Below are positions 9,017 to 17,406 of a stretch of 27,997 bases of DNA, in pieces. Each line of letters starts with the position of its first letter. The first letter of the stretch is position 1. Source of the stretch: Elusimicrobiota bacterium (GTDB lineage: Bacteria > Elusimicrobiota > Elusimicrobia > Elusimicrobiales > UBA9959); the NCBI GenBank assembly GCA_037137395.1, contig JBAXKK010000028.1:1-27997 (forward strand), given 5' to 3'. The position numbers and the translations under genes are program-made. The notes below the pieces were generated by a model. It saw only the letters and a list, made by a program, of their open reading frames with translations, did no database searches and had not been told where the DNA came from.

Positions 9017-9917
9017 ACAGTTGAAGACCGAGGACCACCCCCTTTTAAAAGACTACTTTGACGCACATAAGTGGAATCTGTGCGAATATTCCCTTTCCTC
9101 GATAATAACCTGGAATCATTGCATCTACGACGTACACTATCGCGTGGAGGGCGACCTGCTCTTCATCTCTGAAATTGAGATAGAAAAACCGCAGAACCGA
9201 CGCCTGCTGCTGCCGCTGACCAAGCCCTTCCGATTCCCCCTCCCGGCGGAGTTGGCCGGCTGGGCAACCAAACTCGGTTACCGGCAATATTACTACGCCC
9301 CGGAAGACTACCTGACGGCCGCCGGATCGGCTGAGGTGGAAAAATTTTTCACTGTCAAAGAACAGCCGGGATATATGGATTACATATACAACACTTCAGA
9401 CCTGGCTGAGCTCCAAGGCCATAAATACGCCAAAAAACGGAACCTGCTTTCCCAGTTCAATAAACAAATTAAAGAGACCAGCGTGGTAAATGTGGAAGCC
9501 ATAACCTCAGCAAACAGCGACCGCTGCATAAGCCTCTTAAACGAGTGGTCTCATGACCCCGAAATCGGGGAACAATTGGATATGTTAAACTGCGAGCGCA
9601 AGGCCATCTTAAACGGACTAAAAGGCTTTGAGCTCCTGCAAATGCGCGGAATCACTGTTTCTATTAACGACAAGATATCCGCCTTCGCGTTTGGCGGCGG
9701 ACTGTCAAGCAACACTTTCGTGCTGAACTTTGAGAAAGCTCTTGGAAATATAAAAGGGTTATATCAGTTTCTGGACAATGAATTTGCCAAATGTTTGCCG
9801 AAACAATACGCTTATGTAAACAAGGAAAGCGACCTTGCAAAGCCGGGACTGGCCAAGGCCAAAGAATCCTACTACCCGTGTAAGAAAGTAAAATCCTATA
9901 CGCTGACGCTGAAGTAG
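9009..9917 (+). CDS. DUF2156 / aminoacyl-phosphatidylglycerol synthase C-terminal domain protein
   Basis: DYIY..DLAELQGHKYAKKRN, FEKA..KGLYQ, NKESDLAKPGLAKAKESYYP; overlaps GNAT stop by 8 bp. Confidence 0.88.
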   Translation: MFKQLKTEDHPLLKDYFDAHKWNLCEYSLSSIITWNHCIYDVHYRVEGDLLFISEIEIEKPQNRRLLLPLTKPFRFPLPAELAGWATKLGYRQYYYAPEDYLTAAGSAEVEKFFTVKEQPGYMDYIYNTSDLAELQGHKYAKKRNLLSQFNKQIKETSVVNVEAITSANSDRCISLLNEWSHDPEIGEQLDMLNCERKAILNGLKGFELLQMRGITVSINDKISAFAFGGGLSSNTFVLNFEKALGNIKGLYQFLDNEFAKCLPKQYAYVNKESDLAKPGLAKAKESYYPCKKVKSYTLTLK

Positions 9918-9936
9918 ACGCGCGCGTTTTATTGAT

Positions 9937-9970
9937 AAAAAAAGCCCGGACAATATTTGCCCGGGCTTTT
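9937..9970. terminator. Bidirectional intrinsic terminator
   Basis: A7-GCCCGG-loop-CCGGGC-T4 between convergent genes. Confidence 0.75.
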
Positions 9971-9986
9971 GATAAAACATTTTCTG

Positions 9987-10021
9987 CCTATAACTTACCA
10001 CTTACTCCATAACACTTCTTC
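9987..10021. repeat. Degenerate 7-bp-period CTTA run
   Basis: CCTATAA CTTACCA CTTACTC CATAACA CTTC. Confidence 0.55.
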
Positions 10022-11347
10022 CTACTGCGCTATCTTATACGGATTGTCGGTCACGCTCAACATGTAGACCGCTGCTTTCACATTGCTTTTCACGGTCCTA
10101 TCAATTATTGAAGCACCCGGATAAAAGCTGTTGCCTTCAAGTTCCGTGGTGAAGGCGAAGATCTTGCCTGTGGTGTAGGCCCAGTCGCAGGTGTCGCCGG
10201 TGGCGATGTACATATCGCTGGACTTTTCCGGGACATAGCCGGTAAGTTTGCCCATCGCTGCAGCCATTTTAACGAACACATTCTTATCCTGAACATCCGG
10301 CACATCGGCGTCAGAGCCGCCATACGGGTAAAGTATGCTGCCGGCGTATGAATGGTAGCTCATCAGGGTCTTCAGGTTCTTATGAGCCTCCACTAATTTC
10401 TTAACAGCCAAGGATTCCGGCTCCGAGAAAGCCGAAGTCCCGCAATAGGTGTCAGCGGAAGGATAATGAGAAGTGCCCTGCCCGCCGAACCAGGAGTCGT
10501 AGTTGCGGTTGAGGTCAACGCCGATAGTCTTGTCGGAATTAACGCGCATGTTCTTGCGCTGCCATTTATAGGAACCGGTCCTGATGTCATATTCCGCGCC
10601 GTCGGGGTTAAGCATCGGGATTATATATATATCCAGAGTATCGATATATTTTTTGACTTCCGGAGTGCCGCGGTTATCCATGAGCCAGACAGCGAATAAA
10701 AGCGGTACCTCGTTGGAAAGATGCTCCCTGGCGTGATGATTACCTATGTAAAGCGCGCCGGGCTTTGTACTGGCCGCGCCGCCTTTAGCCGTGGAGTTGA
10801 CGCGCAGGCACCATATGTCGCGGCCTTCTATGGTTTTGCCGATGGACGAGAGAGAGGCTATATCGGAATTATTTGTCGCAAGCGCGTTCAACAGGTCGGT
10901 GGTTTCTTTATAGTTATGATAAGCGGCGTCCGCGGCCGGGAAATCCTTGAAGTGCCTTCCGGCATATTGCTCCAGAGGTATAGATTCAATAACAAGCCCT
11001 TTCCCGGACATTGAGGGCAGGGCGTCTTTGTGGATCAAGCCGGAGACCCGGTCTTTTTGTATCTCAATGATATCAAGGCCGGCCTCAAGCAGTCTGGTGC
11101 GGGCGTGAGAGTCGGCGGCATAGGCCGTAACCCAGTAGCGTCCGTCCTGCTCGGCCTGAACATTTTCCTGCGCGGCAGGCCGCGCCGGCGTCTCAAGTCC
11201 TTTGGCGTAGTCAGCGGTAAGCTGGTTGAGTATATGGTTGAAAGAAAGGTTGGCCGACGCACGGATATTTTCGGCGGAATCGGCGGCGAAAGCCGGAGCC
11301 AACGAGTATAGAACCGTTAAAGCGAGGGAGAGCACAAATTTCCGCAT
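10022..11347 (-). CDS. M14 zinc carboxypeptidase (carboxypeptidase T-like), exported
   Basis: SIGKTIEGR, HHARE (HxxE), NPDG, RKN, GVDLNRNY, FSEPE, YHSY; start ATG 11347 with GGAGG RBS and signal peptide. Confidence 0.92.
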   Translation of the reverse strand: MRKFVLSLALTVLYSLAPAFAADSAENIRASANLSFNHILNQLTADYAKGLETPARPAAQENVQAEQDGRYWVTAYAADSHARTRLLEAGLDIIEIQKDRVSGLIHKDALPSMSGKGLVIESIPLEQYAGRHFKDFPAADAAYHNYKETTDLLNALATNNSDIASLSSIGKTIEGRDIWCLRVNSTAKGGAASTKPGALYIGNHHAREHLSNEVPLLFAVWLMDNRGTPEVKKYIDTLDIYIIPMLNPDGAEYDIRTGSYKWQRKNMRVNSDKTIGVDLNRNYDSWFGGQGTSHYPSADTYCGTSAFSEPESLAVKKLVEAHKNLKTLMSYHSYAGSILYPYGGSDADVPDVQDKNVFVKMAAAMGKLTGYVPEKSSDMYIATGDTCDWAYTTGKIFAFTTELEGNSFYPGASIIDRTVKSNVKAAVYMLSVTDNPYKIAQ

Positions 11348-11397
11348 TACCTGAAGTCCTCCATGATGTTGACCGGCGTCAATGCGTCTAGATATAG

Positions 11398-11464
11398 AGT
11401 ATAGGCCCAAAAGTGAAACCCGGCAAGGCCAAAGGACCTATGCCAATATAGGCCTTTAGACCTA
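11398..11464 (-). promoter_or_regulatory. Promoter plus TAGG-N8-CCTA operator boxes
   Basis: TTGCCG (11426-11421)-N17-TATACT (11403-11398); boxes AAGGCCAAAGGACCTA 11425-11440 and TAGGCCTTTAGACCTA 11449-11464. Confidence 0.6.
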
Positions 11465-11495
11465 CTAGCCGACAAGCTTAGTCGGTCAATAATTT

Positions 11496-11637
11496 GGCGC
11501 AGAGGCTGCCGGAGGACCGGAACGCGAAATCAGGGTCGAGCACACCGTGCTCGCCCTTCCGGACCTCGCTCGGCGCGCTTACGCAAGCGCCGAACTCCGG
11601 TACGGTTTCGCTTATCCGGTTCCCCGTCATCCGCGCT
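11496..11637. repeat. Branched fold-back element (structured repeat or ncRNA)
   Basis: Outer arms GGACCGGAACGCGAAATC / GGTTTCGCTTATCCGGTTC; inner AGGGTCGAGCAC-ACC-GTGCTCGCCCT and TCGGCGC..GCGCCGA. Confidence 0.55.
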
Positions 11638-11734
11638 ATCTGATTGTGTTTCGCCTTCGCGTTACAACAAATAACATACCACCCTGCTGCAAAAACATGG
11701 CTCTCTTAACGACCTTAAATACGGCAGGGTATAA

Positions 11735-11903
11735 GGGGTGACAGACATGGGTTGGATCGGGCCGAGGGGTGCGAAGCACAATTCAGTGAACAGGCAACCG
11801 GCGCGAAGGCCGCCTGTTGGCCATAGGCCCTGTTGCGGCACGCCCATAGGTCAGTCGCCGGGCCGGCCGCAGGCCCGATGGGCCCCATGGCTGGCAGGAC
11901 CCC
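11735..11903. repeat. Second branched fold-back element (structured repeat or ncRNA)
   Basis: Outer arms CATGGG..ATCGGGCC / GGCCCGAT..CCCATG; inner GTGC-GAA-GCAC, AACAGGC..GCCTGTT, GGCC-ATA-GGCC. Confidence 0.5.
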
Positions 11904-11918
11904 GGCATAGCTTATAGC

Positions 11919-12539
11919 CTATAGCGCTGCGGCTAAGCCTTTGATCCCCAGCAGGAGGTACCAAAACCCAGCGATGCCCAGGGTCAGGCGGCCTATATTT
12001 TTAAGTCTCTCAGTAATGAAGGGAGTCGGAGCTATGGCGGGAAGGATGAGGATTGAAGTGGCTGTAAAGAACCCGGTGAAGTAGAACATCCCGGCTGTCA
12101 TATCGGATAGCTCCACCAGCCGCACGAAAGCCGCGATAAAAGGAGGGCAGACGTTGATCCCGGTCATAAAGCCGAGGGCCAGGGGTATCCTTTTGTAAAA
12201 AGGGCTGAAGCGCATCACGCACCCCTTACCTGGATGGCCGCCCCGACTGGTAAACAGGAAAGCCAGCATGGCAAGGGCGGTCAGCAGCATAGCCAGCGGG
12301 GCCACCCAGTTCGGAAGATACGGTTTATAAGCTTTGCCGATAAGAGTGGAAACAACGGCGAATAGAAAATAGGCGATAAAGCGCCCGGATAGGAATTCCA
12401 GAAATATGTCGAAATTTGTTTTCCAGACCTTATCCCCCTCGCTCAGGAGATAGGGCACCAAGGCCGGCAGGCATGATGTTAAGCAATAGAAGCCGGTTGA
12501 AAGCCCGAGAATAAAACCTTCGGATAAGATAGAAAGCAT
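11919..12539 (-). CDS. DsbD_2 / UreH-like (TauE superfamily) membrane protein
   Basis: About 6 TM segments with GLSTGFYCLTSC, GRFIAY and GINVCPP Cys motifs. Confidence 0.75.
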   Translation of the reverse strand: MLSILSEGFILGLSTGFYCLTSCLPALVPYLLSEGDKVWKTNFDIFLEFLSGRFIAYFLFAVVSTLIGKAYKPYLPNWVAPLAMLLTALAMLAFLFTSRGGHPGKGCVMRFSPFYKRIPLALGFMTGINVCPPFIAAFVRLVELSDMTAGMFYFTGFFTATSILILPAIAPTPFITERLKNIGRLTLGIAGFWYLLLGIKGLAAAL

Positions 12540-12546
12540 ATAACAA

Positions 12547-12588
12547 AAGTGATAAGTGATAAGTGATAAGTGATAAGTGATAAGTGGT
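12547..12588. repeat. Perfect heptamer tandem repeat (AAGTGAT)x5 plus one variant unit
   Basis: Read directly from the sequence. Confidence 0.95.
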
Positions 12589-12639
12589 TAGTCGCGAAAG
12601 ATACATCCAAAAAGACTGACGCTACCTTTTTCATACTTT

Positions 12640-13806
12640 TCAGTATGATGTCGCTATCCGCCTTAAAAGGTCCAATATATCTTTCAGCGCCGCGGGGGCG
12701 AACAGGGCGCCGAATGTTCCTCCGGTCACAAGGGCGGAAAAAACTAGAAAACTTTCAGGATTTAACAGGCGTCCAAACCCGGTTTTAACATCCCTGACCT
12801 TCAGCCCGAACACAGAATACCGGAATCCTCCGGACGGACAGGTCGCCAGGCATTCTCCGCAAAGGTTGCAGTAGGCGGACACTTCCGGCTTGCCGTCATG
12901 ACCGGCCCTGATAGCGCACATGGGGCAGGAATCAAAGCACTCCGAACAGGCATTGCATTTCCCCTCGTCCACCACCACCCGAAACGGGTTCAGGCGACCC
13001 CAGAAAGCCTGCCAGGCACCGAACGGGCACAGGAACGAGCAGAAAGTGCGCTTTTTTGTCAGGAGCGGCCCGGCTAACAGGACGATGAGGGCGAACAGCA
13101 TCAGCCCAAGCTGCGCCTTGCGTATCAAGGCGTCGCCGGGATCCAGGAACGCGGCAGTCATTTTCAGCGGGCAAAGCCACAAACAATAAACCGGCAGCAT
13201 GTAGGCCAGGGAAATGAGCAGCAGAAAGATAAGCAGCGCGGCCGGAAAGTCTCTGAATTTTCCTGCCAGCACTCCTACTTTTACAAGCGCTTTCTTAGGC
13301 AGAGCTGAAAGCCCGTCATCTATGCCTCCGTAGAAGCAAGCCCATGAACACCACGCCCGGCCTATCACAAGAGTAAAAAAAAGCCACGCGAAGGCCAGGC
13401 TTAAAGGACCCCACAGCCGCCAGTCCCCGCTCATCAGGGCCAGATATTGCTGATACATATAATTAAAGAAGGACGAAGCTATGGCAATATGACAAAACGG
13501 CGTATCCTTAAAACAGGACGCGTCAAAGATCTTTGACAGCAGGCTGAGCTTAAAATGGACGAGAAAAGAGAGGGCCAGGCCGGAAAAAAATATCCTCCTG
13601 TAAAAAGAAACCCTGCGGGTATAAAAAATCAAAAAAGCGGCGAGCGCCGTAAACACCGACCAGGCGGCGGGATAAAAAGCGTTTAATTCCGCGCCGGTTA
13701 TGTGGCGGGAAAAGAACGCGACCGGGCCGAACACGGCCACGCAAAACGCCAGCGCCGGAAGAAAATTTATCCTATCGGTCAAATATGATTTTATATGGAT
13801 TCTCAT
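12640..13806 (-). CDS. Membrane 4Fe-4S binding protein (NapH/FixG/YccM-like polyferredoxin)
   Basis: TM segments; GRAWCSWAC, CLWLCP, RTFCSFLCPFG; two CxxCxxCxxxCP motifs. Confidence 0.88.
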   Translation of the reverse strand: MRIHIKSYLTDRINFLPALAFCVAVFGPVAFFSRHITGAELNAFYPAAWSVFTALAAFLIFYTRRVSFYRRIFFSGLALSFLVHFKLSLLSKIFDASCFKDTPFCHIAIASSFFNYMYQQYLALMSGDWRLWGPLSLAFAWLFFTLVIGRAWCSWACFYGGIDDGLSALPKKALVKVGVLAGKFRDFPAALLIFLLLISLAYMLPVYCLWLCPLKMTAAFLDPGDALIRKAQLGLMLFALIVLLAGPLLTKKRTFCSFLCPFGAWQAFWGRLNPFRVVVDEGKCNACSECFDSCPMCAIRAGHDGKPEVSAYCNLCGECLATCPSGGFRYSVFGLKVRDVKTGFGRLLNPESFLVFSALVTGGTFGALFAPAALKDILDLLRRIATSY

Positions 13807-13832
13807 CGCGACAATAGTATAATATCAAAAAT

Positions 13833-15938
13833 ATGCCCGCTTTTTTCCTGCTTGGACTGTTTTCTCTTCTCACGCAGGTCTTCGCCCTGAAAGAACTTTC
13901 CGGCCTTCTCACCGCCCACGAAGCAGCCTTAGGTCTGGGGTTGTCGGCCTGGCTGCTCTGGACAGCGGCGGGTATGGCGCTGGCCTTGAAGAATCCCGCG
14001 CTCACCCGCGCGCTTGAGGGGCCAAAAGGCTTTTTATCGGCCTGCGTCTTTTTCGCGTTCGCCTCCGGCGTGAACCTTATCCTCCTTAAAAAAGCGGGGT
14101 TCCTTTTAAAGCCGGGGCTCGCCGCCGGCTTATTAGAGCTGATCATGTACAGTTTCCTGCTGACCTTGCCCGCCGCGCTGGCCGGAGGCATGTGCCTGGC
14201 CAGGGGCCTTTCGGAAAAGCGCCTGGCCTTTTACCGCGCTGAGGGCTTCGGAGCGGCCGCCGGCGGCCTGTTGACTTTACTGCATGCCGTTTTTTTCCCG
14301 GGCACCGACCCGCTGCTTATCCTCGGCGCGGCCGCGCTGGCTCTTATCTTTTCCGCGCCCGGAGTGTCTTTAACCGGCGGCCGCAAACTGGCGCCCGCGG
14401 CGCTGGCGGGCTTATTATTTTTCGGCGGGACCCGCCTTGAACCGCCGTTCGCGCTTCCCGGTTATTTTGCCGGAGCTTCCGCCTACGCGCGCACCACCGG
14501 TTCAAGAATGGCGTTTATGGATGCCGCCGGGCAGAAGACTTTTATTGAAGACGGCTCCGTGTTGATCCAGACACCGCTGACAGAGCAGTCCGAGATCTCG
14601 GTCCAACTGCCGCTGCTCGCCCATAAAAATCCGGAAAACATACTTTTTATCGGCCCGGCCGGCCTGCTGCTGGCCCGCGAAGCGCAAAAACATCATCCCA
14701 AAAGCGTAACTGTTTGCGATCCCGACCGGTTCCGCGCGGCCTTCATCCTGGAACGCTCGAATCCCGGCCTAAAGGACGCGCGAATAGACCGGACGGACGC
14801 CCGGATCCTGCTTGGCTCACGGCAGAAAACTTACGACATAATCTTCCAAACTGTCCCCGAGCCGCTTAACGCCGCGGCAAACCGGTATTTTACCGTTGAT
14901 TTTTTTCGAGAGGCCGGACGAGCGCTCAAAAAAGACGGCATTCTGGTTTTCACCCTGCCTTTCTCGGAAAATTATCTTCCGCCAGAGCGCGCCTATTTCG
15001 CCGCTTCGATACTCGCCTCCGCCTCCGCCGCCTTTAAATACGTGGAAATGACTCCCGGAGGAACCCTGACGGCGCTGGCCTCCGACTCCCCTATAGATCT
15101 CGCGCCCGAAGCGCTGGCGCGGCGCTACGCGCAAAGAAAAGTCACAAACATCTACGCGACGCCCTCCGCTTTTCCTTTCCTCCTGGACCCGTACCGCCGG
15201 AGCTGGGCCGCAGCCACGCTGGGCAGGATAAAGACCCCTCCGATCAACACTGATCTGAACCCCGTAGCGTACTTTTATCTGTGGAAAATGTGGCTGACGA
15301 TGTTCGTTTCGCCCGGAACGCTTACAGGCCTGGCGCTGATGGCCGCGGCCTTCGCGCTGCTATTAAACCGCCTGCCGCGGCCGGCTGAATTACTGAAGAA
15401 TAAGGAAGCCGCCGGAGTTTTTCTGGCCGGCTTCTGGGCGATGGGATTTGAAGTGGTCTGCCTTTTCATGTTCCAGACCTCAAGCGGGCAATTGACCTGG
15501 AAACTGGGGATGCTTTTTGCGGGCTTCATGGCGGGATCGGCGGCCGGGGGCCGCGTCTTAAAGAATTTTTCCAGTGCGGCGGCGCGCGGCGGCGCCCTCA
15601 TAATGGGACTCGCGCTGACAGCCGGGCTTTACGCCTTCTCTCCGCGGCTGGCGGGTTTATCCCCGGTGGCGTCGTTCCCTCTTTTTATGGCTTTACTTTT
15701 CTGCGGTGGAGCGGTACTGGGCGGGTATTTCGCGGCCTCCTCCGGCAGGGAGGATGGCCGCGTCGCGGGGCTTTATTATTCGGATCTGCTTGGCGCCGCG
15801 CTGGGCGCTTTCATTTTTTCCGCCGCGATAATTCCGCTGGCCGGTTTGCGCGCGTCGCTGATCTGGGCCGCCGCGGCGCTTGCGGCCGGGGCTGCGCTCG
15901 CGCTTTACTCTTTAAAAGAATCCACGGTGAAAATATAG
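13833..15938 (+). CDS. Spermidine-synthase-like protein with N- and C-terminal multi-TM domains
   Basis: PLLAHKNPENILFIG, DAR, YDII, NRYFTVDFF, LKKDGIL core; TM blocks with Y..E..GAAAGG and YYSDLLGAALG. Confidence 0.78.
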   Translation: MPAFFLLGLFSLLTQVFALKELSGLLTAHEAALGLGLSAWLLWTAAGMALALKNPALTRALEGPKGFLSACVFFAFASGVNLILLKKAGFLLKPGLAAGLLELIMYSFLLTLPAALAGGMCLARGLSEKRLAFYRAEGFGAAAGGLLTLLHAVFFPGTDPLLILGAAALALIFSAPGVSLTGGRKLAPAALAGLLFFGGTRLEPPFALPGYFAGASAYARTTGSRMAFMDAAGQKTFIEDGSVLIQTPLTEQSEISVQLPLLAHKNPENILFIGPAGLLLAREAQKHHPKSVTVCDPDRFRAAFILERSNPGLKDARIDRTDARILLGSRQKTYDIIFQTVPEPLNAAANRYFTVDFFREAGRALKKDGILVFTLPFSENYLPPERAYFAASILASASAAFKYVEMTPGGTLTALASDSPIDLAPEALARRYAQRKVTNIYATPSAFPFLLDPYRRSWAAATLGRIKTPPINTDLNPVAYFYLWKMWLTMFVSPGTLTGLALMAAAFALLLNRLPRPAELLKNKEAAGVFLAGFWAMGFEVVCLFMFQTSSGQLTWKLGMLFAGFMAGSAAGGRVLKNFSSAAARGGALIMGLALTAGLYAFSPRLAGLSPVASFPLFMALLFCGGAVLGGYFAASSGREDGRVAGLYYSDLLGAALGAFIFSAAIIPLAGLRASLIWAAAALAAGAALALYSLKESTVKI

Positions 15939-17392
15939 AGTTCTGTTTTTTTATCCTGCCAGCAGTTCCGTTCCAGCCCAGCCTTCTGCGAGCACAATTC
16001 GCTTAAGAAATCTTCTTTGCCCGGGATCTGCTCCCAGACCTGCGGCAGGAATAATCCCGAGCGGCCGTCCCGCGCCGCGACCACCCCGTGCTCGCCGGGC
16101 TTTATCGCTTTGGCGTCGGTAATTTTTTCAAGGCGGGAAAGAATGGAAATCTCAACTTTCACTCCTTCCAATTCAGGTTTCTTAAGCGGCTGGAATCGCG
16201 AATCATGAAAGGCGGCGCTTTCGGCGGCAAAATCCACCGCGGCAAACAGCGGCATGCGCGGCTCAATAGTGCCGACGCAGCCTCTGAGCCTCCCCCCCTC
16301 GGTAAGGGTCACAAAAACCGCAGCCGGCAGATTCAGGAACGCCCCGGCTGAGGAAAGAGCGGGCGTTTTTCCGGAGGGCTCAAAACCTCTGGCGACAGCC
16401 GCCCTGGCGGCGGCCAGCAATGACTGCCGCTGGTCTGTGGTGAAATTCATTTTATACGGGCTAGCTTTTTCTTTAACGACAAAAGCTCCCGCCAGATATC
16501 CGACCACCCGCTCGGCCGGGGAATCCACAGGGTTAGCGTCGTAAGAATCGGCGTATTTAAGGGCGACGAACTCCGCCGGGGCTATCTCCTTGACAGCGGA
16601 TAGGGCCGCGGTAAGGGCGGCTTCGCCGCAGGCGCAGGTCGCGAGGCCGGGCACGCCGCGCGATAAAAGAACGCGGTTCGTGAGCTGAAAATAGCCGGGA
16701 TCCATGGTCTTTAAGGCGAGTTCCAGCGCTCCGTCCACCAGCCGGGCGTCTTCATGTTTTGGATAGTGGGAGAGGTCGGTGGAAACTACCAGCAGGGCCT
16801 TTCTGCCCTTTAACTTTTTGCCGATTATCCGCCCGATAGCCGCGAGGTCTTCGGGATTATCGGTATTAAGGACCGCCGGCAGTATCTTAAATGGTTTTTT
16901 AAGGCGGCGCTGAAGGAACGGAAGCTGAACCTCAATGGAATGCTCGTTGGCGTGCGCTGCGGGCAAGTCTTCAAAAAGAGGACTGGCTTTTATCAAATCC
17001 GCAGCCAGCTTTTCATCAACCGGTATACGGCCTAAAGGTGTTTCGAAATAACCTTTAGCCAGCAGGGCCGCCCCTCTGACCCGCATAGTATGACCGACTC
17101 CCAGAATGACTACGAGGTCGTAATCGGCGCTTATGGTTTTATAGGCGAAGGCCGCAACCCGGCCTGAAAAAGAATACCCAGCGTGCGGGACCACGACGCC
17201 CAGGACTTTGGCAGGAAGATCAGAGGATCGGAGGGACAAAGGATTGGCCGCCGCCAGGGCTTCGTCTATGAATACGGAGAGAGCTTGTTTATCGGCGGGA
17301 TAAAATTGCCCGGCGAAGCGCGCATCGCGCGCGGCCCCCGCCGAACATAAGCACAAAAAGACGGCCACAAATATCAGCGCGGTATTTTTCAT
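15905..17392 (-). CDS. amrB: AmmeMemoRadiSam protein B (MEMO1-like) fused to protein A (AMMECR1-like)
   Basis: AGQFYP, PHAGYSFSG, EHSIEVQLPFLQ, STDLSHY (B); VFVTL..LRGCVG, DSRF, EISILS, GLFLPQVW, KAGL (A); start ATG 17392 after GGGGG. Confidence 0.93.
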   Translation of the reverse strand: MKNTALIFVAVFLCLCSAGAARDARFAGQFYPADKQALSVFIDEALAAANPLSLRSSDLPAKVLGVVVPHAGYSFSGRVAAFAYKTISADYDLVVILGVGHTMRVRGAALLAKGYFETPLGRIPVDEKLAADLIKASPLFEDLPAAHANEHSIEVQLPFLQRRLKKPFKILPAVLNTDNPEDLAAIGRIIGKKLKGRKALLVVSTDLSHYPKHEDARLVDGALELALKTMDPGYFQLTNRVLLSRGVPGLATCACGEAALTAALSAVKEIAPAEFVALKYADSYDANPVDSPAERVVGYLAGAFVVKEKASPYKMNFTTDQRQSLLAAARAAVARGFEPSGKTPALSSAGAFLNLPAAVFVTLTEGGRLRGCVGTIEPRMPLFAAVDFAAESAAFHDSRFQPLKKPELEGVKVEISILSRLEKITDAKAIKPGEHGVVAARDGRSGLFLPQVWEQIPGKEDFLSELCSQKAGLERNCWQDKKTELYIFTVDSFKE

Positions 17393-17406
17393 ATTTCCCC
17401 CTATTC

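Noticed and set aside
11545..11570. SRP RNA (minus strand AGGTCCGGAAGG)
   Set aside because: Lacks the conserved CAGG/AGCA symmetric loop (reads GAGG..CGAG), and the flanks pair in other stems
11735..11903. 6S RNA
   Set aside because: Similar length, but the interior is multi-branched rather than a rod with a central bubble
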